Source: Thermoproteota archaeon (lineage in GTDB: Archaea > Thermoproteota > Thermoprotei > Gearchaeales > Gearchaeaceae). From it: 64,000 bases of DNA. Under the pieces are notes generated by a model that ran no database searches, was not told where the DNA came from, and worked only from the letters and a program-made list of their open reading frames with translations. Positions 50,353-59,649 of this stretch are shown piece by piece; within the stretch, counting starts at the first letter, position 1, and each line of letters starts with the position of its first letter. Where the stretch lies: positions 1 through 64,000 of the forward strand of contig JAVVGF010000001.1 of assembly GCA_032249235.1 (NCBI GenBank). The letters are read 5' to 3'. The translations under genes and the position numbers were made by a program.

Positions 50353-51052
50353 TTATCTTTTCAAATATTTCATAATCTTCAATTACTTCTACTTTTCTGT
50401 TTCTAAAGAATTTATTTACATTCTTTATATCCCTCAAAAGAAAATTTAATGCATTAGGGTGATTTTTCTTAACAGATTGCCCAAAATCTAGAAAGTATGG
50501 TTCTTTCTTAAAATAAGCGATATTAAATTCAGAAAGATCTGCATGAACTATTCCTGCTTTGTACAATTTCTCAATAAACTCAATTATTCTTTTATATAAA
50601 TACTCAAAATCAGCTTCATTTATAGTATAAATCAAAGGAGCTGGAGCTCCGTTTTCTCCTAGAAATTCCATTACTAATATGTTATTTAGGAAAAAAATCG
50701 GTTTTGGCACATTCACTCCTGCATTATATGCTATGTTTAAATGATTGAATTCTCTCCTACACCATTCGAATACAGCAAGCCTAAAATTTTTTGAATAAAT
50801 CCTATACAATTCATCATCTAAATACATCCTCATACCTCTTTTGAACTCAGCAGAGCTTGTTAAATAGATCTTAACAGCTAGAGGTTCATCATTTTTTGTA
50901 AAGGCTAAATATACTCTAGATTCTTTTCCAGATGAAATAGCACCATTAAATCTATCCAAGATACCCTTTCTTATAATTTTGTATGCTGTCATTACAGTTG
51001 AATAATCAAATACTTCTTCAAGTGTAGCAAAACGCTCGCTATCTTTTTCCAT
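50342..51052 (-). CDS. rio1: RIO1 serine/threonine kinase
   Basis: EEVFD, SGKES.VY, AVKIY, HADLSEFN and DFGQ motifs. Confidence 0.93.
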   Translation of the reverse strand: MEKDSERFATLEEVFDYSTVMTAYKIIRKGILDRFNGAISSGKESRVYLAFTKNDEPLAVKIYLTSSAEFKRGMRMYLDDELYRIYSKNFRLAVFEWCRREFNHLNIAYNAGVNVPKPIFFLNNILVMEFLGENGAPAPLIYTINEADFEYLYKRIIEFIEKLYKAGIVHADLSEFNIAYFKKEPYFLDFGQSVKKNHPNALNFLLRDIKNVNKFFRNRKVEVIEDYEIFEKIINL

Positions 51053-51091
51053 ACAAGTTAAAATACGTTTCTTTCAATATTTGTCTATAAT

Positions 51092-51634
51092 ATGTCAACA
51101 AGCATAATAGTTAAGATTTCTCAAAACTTTATTTCAAAAATAAAAAAAGAACCTTCTTTGTTAGAAGAAATTGAAAGATATGCGTATTCAACAATCCAAA
51201 TCGATGAAGCTGCAGGCTCATTAATAATAAAAGGTAAAGATAATAAAAGCGATGTATTGAAAGTAAGAGATTTCGTAATAGCACTGGATAATTGTGTGGA
51301 TGAAAATATAGCTAAAGAAATATTGAAGAAAGATTTGATGCTTTATTTAATAGATCTAAAAGATATTGTGTCAAAAGATGAAGTGAAAAGGATTATGGCT
51401 AGGATAATAGGCGAAGGAGGGAAAATAAAGGCAAAGATTTCAGAAGTAACAGGTTGTCATATAACGATAAATGATTCAAGAATTTTATTAATTGGTAATT
51501 TCGATGAAGTGGAATATGCAAAGCAAGCAATACAAATTATTGTGGATGGTTCCCCTTTTGCAAGATTGTTCAAATACTTAGATAAAGTAAAAAGAGAAAA
51601 ACAATTAAAGCAAATTGAAGAATATACTAAATGA
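51092..51634 (+). CDS. KH-domain rRNA processing protein (Dim2/Pno1)
   Basis: RIIGEGGK KH motif; conserved context. Confidence 0.85.
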   Translation: MSTSIIVKISQNFISKIKKEPSLLEEIERYAYSTIQIDEAAGSLIIKGKDNKSDVLKVRDFVIALDNCVDENIAKEILKKDLMLYLIDLKDIVSKDEVKRIMARIIGEGGKIKAKISEVTGCHITINDSRILLIGNFDEVEYAKQAIQIIVDGSPFARLFKYLDKVKREKQLKQIEEYTK

Positions 51635-53142
51635 TCAAATTCGAGGAAATATCACCTTCAGATTTCTTTTATAGAAATAAAGAAATAGCTGGCTTTGAAA
51701 ATCCAGCTAAGGCATGCTATACTATTGTAAGAGAGTTTCTTGAAAATTCTCTAGACGCTTGCGAATTAGGAGGCTTTCTTCCTGAAATCGAAATTTATAT
51801 GAAATCAGTCAATATAGAAGAGAAAAGATTGAGAATAAAAGTTATTGATAATGGAATTGGAGTGCCGCATGACAAGATACCTTTAGCATTCGGAAAAATA
51901 TTATACAGCTCAAAATATGTTTTGAGACAACATCGCGGAATATTTGGCCTAGGAGGAAAAATGGCTGTATTGTATTCACAGATAACGACTAACAATCCAT
52001 TTCGAGTAATTTCTGCAACGCCTAATAATGGGTATATTTCCTTCTATGAATTAAAGATAGATATTTTGAGAAATGAACCTATTATTCTAAAAAGATCAAA
52101 AATAATCAACCAGAATGGTTGGCATGGATTAATTCTTGAATGTGAATTCATCGGGGATTATCTTTTATCAAAGAAGAAGATTTTCGAATATCTTTTCCAA
52201 ACATCTATCGCAGTTCCTTATGCAAGAATTTATTATCAAGATTATGAAGGCAATGCGCTTCTTTTTGAAAGGAAAACAGATAAGATTCCTCCCATTCCTG
52301 AGGAAACTCTTTTACATCCAAAAGGTGTAGATCTTGAAATGCTAAAAAGACTTATAAAAATCAATCCAAATTTACCCTTGAATCGCTTTCTCGCAAAGAA
52401 CTTTCAAAGAATAGGTCAAAAAGCTGCAGAAGAAATATTAAAACTTGCTAATATAGAATTTGAAAAACCTGTTTCTAAATTAACTGAAGAAGAAATTGTT
52501 AGGTTATATAACGTAATGAAATCTTATCCATTTAAAAGACCAAGCGCTAATTCTTTATCTCCTCTCGGCGAAAGTTTCGCTATTGGCATTAAAGAAACTT
52601 TTAATCCTGAATTTTTATCCTATGACATGAGAGAACCTTCAAGTTTTGAAGGTCATCCGTTTATTGTAGAAACTGCTATAGCTTATGGAGGTGATATACC
52701 AATTCCTGAACAAAATGAAATAAATCTATTTAGATTTGCTAATAAAATACCTTTAATATATGATAGCTACAATGATGTATCAATGAAAGTTATAAAAAAT
52801 ATTAACTGGAGTATTTATAAATTAAATATTTATCAAGAACCAATTGCATTTTTTGTTCATATATGCTCTACTAAGATACCATATAAAACATTGGGAAAAG
52901 AATATATAGCAAATCAGCCAGAAATTTATAAAGAAATAGAATTATCTATAAGAAAAAATGCAAGACTATTATCTGCATATATAAATAAAAAAAGGATCAT
53001 TGAATATCAAAAAATCAGATATAAATATTTAAAAGAGTATATTGAGAAAATAGCTAACTTTGCATGCATTTTAGCCAATGAAGATCCCAAAAAGATTAAG
53101 AATAACATTGTGAAGTTGGTCGAGATTAATGATGCCAGTTAA
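51631..53142 (+). CDS. top6B: DNA topoisomerase VI subunit B
   Basis: ENSLDA, DNGIG, RGIFGLG and RFANKIPL motifs. Confidence 0.96.
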   Translation: MIKFEEISPSDFFYRNKEIAGFENPAKACYTIVREFLENSLDACELGGFLPEIEIYMKSVNIEEKRLRIKVIDNGIGVPHDKIPLAFGKILYSSKYVLRQHRGIFGLGGKMAVLYSQITTNNPFRVISATPNNGYISFYELKIDILRNEPIILKRSKIINQNGWHGLILECEFIGDYLLSKKKIFEYLFQTSIAVPYARIYYQDYEGNALLFERKTDKIPPIPEETLLHPKGVDLEMLKRLIKINPNLPLNRFLAKNFQRIGQKAAEEILKLANIEFEKPVSKLTEEEIVRLYNVMKSYPFKRPSANSLSPLGESFAIGIKETFNPEFLSYDMREPSSFEGHPFIVETAIAYGGDIPIPEQNEINLFRFANKIPLIYDSYNDVSMKVIKNINWSIYKLNIYQEPIAFFVHICSTKIPYKTLGKEYIANQPEIYKEIELSIRKNARLLSAYINKKRIIEYQKIRYKYLKEYIEKIANFACILANEDPKKIKNNIVKLVEINDAS

Positions 53143-54190
53143 TGATAAGTTAACTTTAATTGGTAAAGAAATATTAGAACAAATAAAAAGAGAGAATTTT
53201 CCTTCAATAACTTTTCCTTTACGTTCTGTAAGCAATATAATATATGATGAAGAGACAGGCATAGTAAAACTTGGAAACAAAAAAGTCACAAGAAGAGCGA
53301 GTAATGTTAAACAGGCTAAAGTTTTTTCTCAATTACTTTGGATTGCATCTTTTGCAAAGAAGGAATTATTAGAAAAAAATAGATCATGTAGTTTGAGAGA
53401 TCTTTTTTACAACTCTTTCAATGATATAAAGATAAAATTTCAGGATCAAGATGAATCTGATAAACTCGTTGTTGAGCTTGAAACTATACTTGAAGTAGCA
53501 AGAGAACATTTCAATATAATTCCTGAAGAAAAAAGTTCAATATTTGGGGATCTCGTTGTCGAATATACGATGCCTCCAACTCATAAGGGGCAAAGAGTCA
53601 GTCTTACTACAGATCCTGATGGTAAAAATATTGGTTTGTCATTGGCAACAGCAAAGTTCGTTGATGTCAAAGCTTCAATGGTAATAGTCATAGAAAAAGG
53701 AGCTATATTTAGAAGATTTATCGAAGAACAAGTATACAAAAAATTAAATGCAATTTTGATCGATAGCGGCGGCCAAGCTCCTAGGTTTACTAGAATGTTG
53801 ATAAGAAGGCTTAATAAAGAATTGGGTTTACCTGTATATATTTTAACAGATGCAGATCCTTGGGGTATGCATATTGCAAGAGTAATAATATCAGGTTCAG
53901 CTATCTCAGCACATATTCCTGAGCTTGCAACACCAGATGCAAAATGGTTGGGTATTTACGCTACTGATATAAAGAAATACAATTTACCTTCAATTCCTTT
54001 AACTCAACTTGATATTCACAGATTGGAAACGATGAAGAGAGATCCTAGATATAGCAAAGGTATATGGAAGGATCAACTAGAAGAATTTCTAAAAATTAAA
54101 GTTAAGGCTGAGCTTGAAGCTTTCAGCAAATATGGATTGACTGCAATCATTGACAAATATTTAATGAAGAAGATGAAAGAAGTCAAGTGA
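53129..54190 (+). CDS. top6A: DNA topoisomerase VI subunit A
   Basis: LRDLFY, IEK, TDADPWG and KAELEA motifs. Confidence 0.96.
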   Translation: MMPVNDKLTLIGKEILEQIKRENFPSITFPLRSVSNIIYDEETGIVKLGNKKVTRRASNVKQAKVFSQLLWIASFAKKELLEKNRSCSLRDLFYNSFNDIKIKFQDQDESDKLVVELETILEVAREHFNIIPEEKSSIFGDLVVEYTMPPTHKGQRVSLTTDPDGKNIGLSLATAKFVDVKASMVIVIEKGAIFRRFIEEQVYKKLNAILIDSGGQAPRFTRMLIRRLNKELGLPVYILTDADPWGMHIARVIISGSAISAHIPELATPDAKWLGIYATDIKKYNLPSIPLTQLDIHRLETMKRDPRYSKGIWKDQLEEFLKIKVKAELEAFSKYGLTAIIDKYLMKKMKEVK

Positions 54191-54229
54191 TTCAATCTTT
54201 TTATTCTTCTATTATCTAATTTTTTATAC

Positions 54230-55381
54230 ATGTCATTTTACGACGTGATAATAGTAGGAGCAGGCCCAGCAGGGGCTGCAGCTGCTAAATCAGCAGCTAA
54301 AAATGGAGCTAAAGTTTTATTGATAGAAAAACATCCTACAATACAAGCAAATAAGCCTTGTGGAGAAGCTGTTAGTGCTAGGACGTTCGAGACTGCAGGA
54401 ATACCTATAAAAGATGAATTCATTGTAAATGTTGCCTATGCTCAGGTTTATTCTCCTTCATTGAAAAGAATAGATATCAAAGAAAAAGGTTTCTTAATAA
54501 ATAAATCGAGATTTATACAAGAGCTAGTTGTTCATGCTGTGGAAAATGGTGCTGAGGTAAAAGTAAGAGAAGAAGTCAAGGAAGCTGGTTTCGATGTTAA
54601 TGATAAATTAGTTAAAGTGAAAACAGTTCATGGAGAATATAAGTGCAAAGTTTTAATAGGTGCTGATGGTTATGCTTCTGTCGTTGCTAGAAGTTTTGGA
54701 ATAAATGAGAAATCTGAGCCTATACCTACTGTTCAATACATAATGGTAGGTAAAAAATTTAGAGATATCGATGCAGTCCGTTTTTATGTAGCAAATAAAT
54801 GGGCTCCAAAAGGCTATGCATGGATATTTCCAAAAAATGAAAAAATGGCTGAGGTAGGCGTTGGGGTAAGAGGCGGACCTGCAAAATTATTTCTAGATAA
54901 ATTCATTCAAGATTTTAAAGAAGAACTAGGAGGAGCTCAAATAATAGATTATAGAGGAGCACCTGTGCCAATAGGAGGTATGATCAATAATGATGTTTCT
55001 GACGGTTTCATACTTATAGGTGATGCAGCAGGTACAGTAATGCCTTTAACAGGTGGAGGAATTCATTCATGTGTTGCTTCAGGAATGATAGCTGGTGAAG
55101 TTGCTGCAAAAGCTGCGTTAGAAGGTAATAATAGTAAAGAAAGATTGATGGGGTATCGCAGAAGATATGATGAGTATTGGGGGGATAGAATCAAGAAAAG
55201 CCTCAAAGCGATGCGCGTTCTTGAAAGATTGAGCGATGAAGAATTGGATGAGCTTGCAGATATTTTAGTTGATAGTGATATCTTAGATTTAGCGAATGGC
55301 TTAGATATTAAAAGAGTAGCTCTTAAGCTTTTATCTCATCCAAGACTTGCTATAAGTGTAGCGAAAGCATTATTAAGTTGA
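54230..55381 (+). CDS. Geranylgeranyl reductase family FAD oxidoreductase
   Basis: GAGPAG, KPCGE, APKGYAWIFP and GDAAG..PLTGGGI motifs. Confidence 0.9.
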   Translation: MSFYDVIIVGAGPAGAAAAKSAAKNGAKVLLIEKHPTIQANKPCGEAVSARTFETAGIPIKDEFIVNVAYAQVYSPSLKRIDIKEKGFLINKSRFIQELVVHAVENGAEVKVREEVKEAGFDVNDKLVKVKTVHGEYKCKVLIGADGYASVVARSFGINEKSEPIPTVQYIMVGKKFRDIDAVRFYVANKWAPKGYAWIFPKNEKMAEVGVGVRGGPAKLFLDKFIQDFKEELGGAQIIDYRGAPVPIGGMINNDVSDGFILIGDAAGTVMPLTGGGIHSCVASGMIAGEVAAKAALEGNNSKERLMGYRRRYDEYWGDRIKKSLKAMRVLERLSDEELDELADILVDSDILDLANGLDIKRVALKLLSHPRLAISVAKALLS

Positions 55382-55830
55382 AGAGAGGGACATTAGATGA
55401 ATTAGATTTAAAGATTCTCAAAGCACTTGTAGAAAATGGTAGATTATCTGCGCGAAAACTATCTGAAATGTTAAACGTTTCTGTAGGAACGATTATAAAA
55501 AGAATAGAAAAGCTAGAGCAAGATGGTATAATATTAGGATATACTGCTATAGTCAATCATGAGAAATTAGGTTATGATTTAGTATCTATAATTGAAGTTC
55601 GCGTTTCTCAAGGTAAACTGCTCGATGTTGAGAATCAGATAGCTAAATTACCTAATGTTTATGGTGTATACGACATAACGGGAGATTATGATGCCTTGAT
55701 AATTGCGAGATTTAAAAGCAGGAAAGAATTGGATAATTTCATAAAAACTCTATTAGCAATGCCCTATGTTGAAAGAACCAGAACTCATTTTGTTTTAAAT
55801 GTTGTAAAAGAGGATAATAGATTCATATGA
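55378..55830 (+). CDS. Lrp/AsnC transcriptional regulator
   Basis: LDELDLKIL...RIEKLEQDGII and ITGDYD motifs. Confidence 0.92.
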   Translation: MKRGTLDELDLKILKALVENGRLSARKLSEMLNVSVGTIIKRIEKLEQDGIILGYTAIVNHEKLGYDLVSIIEVRVSQGKLLDVENQIAKLPNVYGVYDITGDYDALIIARFKSRKELDNFIKTLLAMPYVERTRTHFVLNVVKEDNRFI

Positions 55831-56579
55831 GTGAAAGAGGAGCAATTTGTCTAGTAAGCGGTGGAGTAGATAGCGTTACATGTTTATATTATGTAAAATA
55901 TCGATTAAAACCAAAAGATTTGAAAATAATATTTTGCAACTACGGTCAAAGGACGTTTGAAGAAGAAGCTTATTGCATCAAGAAAATAGCTAGCTTATTG
56001 AATTCAGAATTAAAGATAATAGATTTGAGATGGCTTGGTGAAATAAGTACTTCATTGCTTACTAAAAAAGACGTTGAGATTCCTGAAACGAAGATAGAAG
56101 ATTTATGGGATCCTGAAAAAGCAAAAGCTAGAATTTTGAGATGGTGGGACCCATGTAGAAACGCAATACTAATATTAGTAGCATTAGCTCATGCAGAAAG
56201 CCTAGATATAAAATATGGAATGAAGTATGATGTATACATTGGCATTAGAAGAGAAACGCCTATAGCTATGAAAGATAATACTCCTGAATTTATAGAGATC
56301 ATGAATAAAGTCGTAGAACATGCTACACATTATGGTGGATATAAAGTTTATGCGCCTTTAATAACTTACGATAAAGATAAAGTAGTTAAGTTAGGTGAAG
56401 AGCTAAAAGTTCCTTGGCAATTTACTTATAGTTGCTATAGAGGCGGTTTAGGTTTTACAGAAATAGAAGGTGAGAAAATACCAATTCATTGTGGATGGTG
56501 TAGTAATTGTAGAAGAAGAATTCTAGCTTTCAAAGATGCTGGTATTAAGGATCCATCATATTATTTAAAAAGTTTTTAA
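55827..56579 (+). CDS. queC: 7-cyano-7-deazaguanine synthase
   Basis: SGGVDS, YGQR, RN and TYSCY...HCGWCSNC..R motifs. Confidence 0.85.
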   Translation: MSERGAICLVSGGVDSVTCLYYVKYRLKPKDLKIIFCNYGQRTFEEEAYCIKKIASLLNSELKIIDLRWLGEISTSLLTKKDVEIPETKIEDLWDPEKAKARILRWWDPCRNAILILVALAHAESLDIKYGMKYDVYIGIRRETPIAMKDNTPEFIEIMNKVVEHATHYGGYKVYAPLITYDKDKVVKLGEELKVPWQFTYSCYRGGLGFTEIEGEKIPIHCGWCSNCRRRILAFKDAGIKDPSYYLKSF

Positions 56580-56653
56580 TTAAATTATTAAATATCTAAT
56601 TTTAAATAATATTAATAAAAGTTTTTATCTTTAATTTTAATTATTATTAAATT

Positions 56654-57133
56654 ATGATAGATAGATCTCAGTTTAGAGAGATCATGTCATATTTTGCCAC
56701 AGGAGTTACGATCGTAGCTGTGAACATTAATTCGAAACCTTATGGTCTTACTGTTAATTCTTTTACTTCAGTATCTTTAGAACCACCTTTAATATTGATT
56801 TGTATCCAGAAAGGTAAGAAAGCTCATGATATGATTTCTAGAGCAAAATTTTTCAGTATTAATATATTAACGAGCGAACAAGAGCATTTATCAGTTAGAT
56901 TTGCAGATCCTAAAATTGAAGACATTAGATTTGAAGGTGTAGATTATGAAATAGATGAATATGGTTGTCCTCTTATTAAAAACTGTTTAGCCTATATAAT
57001 ATGCAGAAAATACAAAGAATATGATGGAGGCGATCATACAATTTTCTTAGGTGAAATTGTTGAAATGATTAAAGGTCAAGAGAAACTTCCTTTAATCTTC
57101 TTCAAAAGAAATTATTATACGATTAAAATTTAA
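56654..57133 (+). CDS. Flavin reductase family protein
   Basis: FATGVT, NSFTSVSLEPPL and GDHTIFLG motifs. Confidence 0.93.
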   Translation: MIDRSQFREIMSYFATGVTIVAVNINSKPYGLTVNSFTSVSLEPPLILICIQKGKKAHDMISRAKFFSINILTSEQEHLSVRFADPKIEDIRFEGVDYEIDEYGCPLIKNCLAYIICRKYKEYDGGDHTIFLGEIVEMIKGQEKLPLIFFKRNYYTIKI

Positions 57134-57995
57134 TTTGCGGCGTTGCTGGATCTAAATACATTATTAAGAATATTAAAGCGAGATAAGGTGTTGAGAATTT
57201 AAATAATAGCCATGCATTTTTCTTTGTCGGATTCAATAATATTTTCGCTACAATAGCGAAGAAAATTGCATTCAATATGATGCTACCTGTTATGTAAATC
57301 AAGCCTAAGCCACCCACATAACTTATCAGCAGTGATATTATCGGCAAAGGTATAGATGATATAGCTATGTATTTTGCTGCTTTCTTTTCATCTGGGATTG
57401 CTGTAAGCATTTTTATGTTAGCTCTCATATAATCATCGTTTCTTCTCAACGCTAAAGCCCAGATATGCGGGTTTGTCCAAAAATATATTAACATGCCCAA
57501 TAAGAAAGCGAAGAAATTGAAGCTTCCTGTTGCTGCAGCCCATCCTCCCCATGCAGTGCAATTACCTGCAAATCCTCCTATTATTACGTTAAGAGTAGTT
57601 CTTTTTTTCAAAAAGGTATATAGCATATAAATGACAGTCGCTAAAGATATGAAAAAGGAGGTCATGAGATTAACGAAGATATAGGCTAAGGCTATACCTG
57701 AAATAATTAGAATAACTCCTGAATAAAAAGCAAAAGAAGGGCTTATGGTTCCTTTAACCAAAGGTCTTTTCTTTGTCCTATCCATTATTCTATCGCTATC
57801 GACTTCAAAATATTCGTTCAATGCTCCATTACCCATTATTGCAAGAGTTCCTGAAATTATCATAAATGAAAATTTTAATAGATCGAATTCATAACCTACT
57901 TTTATAGCTAGCAAATATGAAAAGATCGCAGTGAATATTAGCAACGTCCATACTCTAAACTTATAGAGCACTATTAGATCCTTAATCTTTTTCAC
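57123..57995 (-). CDS. ctaB: Protoheme IX prenyltransferase (heme O synthase)
   Basis: D..MDRTKKRPL, LKKRT..N..IGG, WT.PH.WAL and DY motifs. Confidence 0.93.
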   Translation of the reverse strand: MKKIKDLIVLYKFRVWTLLIFTAIFSYLLAIKVGYEFDLLKFSFMIISGTLAIMGNGALNEYFEVDSDRIMDRTKKRPLVKGTISPSFAFYSGVILIISGIALAYIFVNLMTSFFISLATVIYMLYTFLKKRTTLNVIIGGFAGNCTAWGGWAAATGSFNFFAFLLGMLIYFWTNPHIWALALRRNDDYMRANIKMLTAIPDEKKAAKYIAISSIPLPIISLLISYVGGLGLIYITGSIILNAIFFAIVAKILLNPTKKNAWLLFKFSTPYLALIFLIMYLDPATPQIKF

Positions 57996-58056
57996 CTTTG
58001 CTTTCTTAATCTATCTATTTTAATAATCTAACTATACCTACTTATATAATTGTATA

Positions 58057-58539
58057 ATGCAAGAAGTTTTCGCTGCAGTAGCAATAATAGTTAGGAGAAA
58101 CAATGAAGTATTATTCGTAAAAAGGAAAAAAAGAGAAGGAGATCCTTGGTCCGGCGATGTAGCTTTACCTGGAGGAATGCATAAAAAAGAAGATTTAGAA
58201 TTGATAAATACTGCAATAAGAGAAGTTAAAGAGGAAGTGGGGATAGATCTTTCCAAGCATGAATATATTGGCTCACTTCCTTTCCTTTCAAGCATTGTGA
58301 GGAAAGAGCTTAAGGTGAAAGCATTTATATTTGCTTTAAAAAACGAGGAATTTCCTGTAAAGAATGAGGAAATTGATGATTTTTACTGGATTTCATTGAA
58401 AAAACTAAAGAGAAAATTTGTGTATATCGAAAAGATTAAAAAAAGAAGAATAGCTTATGTTTATGAAAATATAACGATATGGGGTTTGACTTATAGAATA
58501 CTTACTTTATTGAAGAAACTATATCCTCAATTTTTTTAG
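58057..58539 (+). CDS. Nudix hydrolase, CoA pyrophosphatase type
   Basis: DPWSGDVALPGG, AIREVKEEVG and IWGLTYRI motifs. Confidence 0.9.
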   Translation: MQEVFAAVAIIVRRNNEVLFVKRKKREGDPWSGDVALPGGMHKKEDLELINTAIREVKEEVGIDLSKHEYIGSLPFLSSIVRKELKVKAFIFALKNEEFPVKNEEIDDFYWISLKKLKRKFVYIEKIKKRRIAYVYENITIWGLTYRILTLLKKLYPQFF

Positions 58540-58795
58540 CTAGAATGAAATCGAGTTCTGTGATCCCACCTTCATCATGTGTAGTCAATTTTATTGTTAA
58601 CTTATTGTAATCCTTTAATTCTATATCTGGATGATGTTCAAGTTCCTCAGCTATTGGAACAATTTTATTTATGAAATTTACTGCACTTACGAAATCATTG
58701 AATTGTAAGCTTCTTATCAAGTAGTCACCTTCTTTTCTCCAATTCTTAAGCTCCTTTAATCTTTCAACAATCTCTGCTTCTGACAATTTAACCAT
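58502..58795 (-). CDS. Pterin-4a-carbinolamine dehydratase
   Basis: AEELEHHPDI and TTHDEGGITELD motifs. Confidence 0.92.
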   Translation of the reverse strand: MVKLSEAEIVERLKELKNWRKEGDYLIRSLQFNDFVSAVNFINKIVPIAEELEHHPDIELKDYNKLTIKLTTHDEGGITELDFILAKKIEDIVSSIK

Positions 58796-58805
58796 ATTAT
58801 ATAAG

Positions 58806-59216
58806 CTAGAAATAAAGTATTAAATCTGCTTCGCTAATAAGAGAGGAGATTTCGAACAAAGTTGCAAGATCAAAAATTTTATTTAACATTTCAGAATCTC
58901 CAATCCGCTTAGATAGACTTGTTGCAATAGTAGATGTATTGCATACTTTTACTTTAATTTTAAATTTTCTTTTAAGCATCTCTAAAAATTCTATATGATT
59001 TCTTGTATTAGTCAAGTCCAAACCTGTTTGAGTTTGTATAGCTTGCTTAATATCTTCTTTTAATTCAATGAACAAATTCTTCCTTGCCAAATTTACTGCT
59101 TCATCAATTAATATTAAGGAAACTTCATGCGAACGGGAGAAAAAAGCCAAATATGCGAGCGGTACAAAAATTTTCTCGTCTTTATATAATTTATTTAGAA
59201 TAAGGCAAATCTTCAA
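58806..59216 (-). CDS. DsrE/F-like protein
   Basis: EVSLILIDEAVNLARK, VKVCNTS (conserved Cys position) and EADLILYF patterns. Confidence 0.65.
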   Translation of the reverse strand: MKICLILNKLYKDEKIFVPLAYLAFFSRSHEVSLILIDEAVNLARKNLFIELKEDIKQAIQTQTGLDLTNTRNHIEFLEMLKRKFKIKVKVCNTSTIATSLSKRIGDSEMLNKIFDLATLFEISSLISEADLILYF

Positions 59217-59449
59217 CCTTCTGCTTCCATTTCAATTACTCTATCCTCACCAGGCTTGAAAGCTTTATCATATACATGTATAATGGCAGCCATGGCGAAA
59301 AGAAGGATTGCAACAAATATACCCGCATTTCTCTGTTGTTCATAGCTTAAAAAAGGATATTGAAGATATATTAGAATCACTAGTATTATCTGTAATATTA
59401 ATAAGCCAATGATTATATAGCTGGCACTTCTTTTATCCATCTTACTCAC
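59213..59449 (-). CDS. Small 2-TM membrane protein in the Rieske/cytochrome b operon
   Basis: Two hydrophobic helices; 4-bp overlaps with both neighbours. Confidence 0.65.
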   Translation of the reverse strand: MSKMDKRSASYIIIGLLILQIILVILIYLQYPFLSYEQQRNAGIFVAILLFAMAAIIHVYDKAFKPGEDRVIEMEAEG

Positions 59450-59649
59450 CTATTAGACTTATATAATAATGTTATGAAGAACAATGTTAAAAAGCCAACT
59501 AAGAAACCTAAAAATACGCCGCTTGCAAGAGTTAAAATATTCATTCCTCCTGCAATCATGCTTCTTATTAGGCTCACTAATTGGTATGTTGAAATTATGT
59601 ATACCAACATCATAATGCTGAGTAAAAATAACATCTTATTCATATCCAT
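59446..59649 (-). CDS. Small 2-TM membrane protein in the Rieske/cytochrome b operon
   Basis: Two hydrophobic helices; overlaps the cytochrome b stop. Confidence 0.6.
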   Translation of the reverse strand: MDMNKMLFLLSIMMLVYIISTYQLVSLIRSMIAGGMNILTLASGVFLGFLVGFLTLFFITLLYKSNR

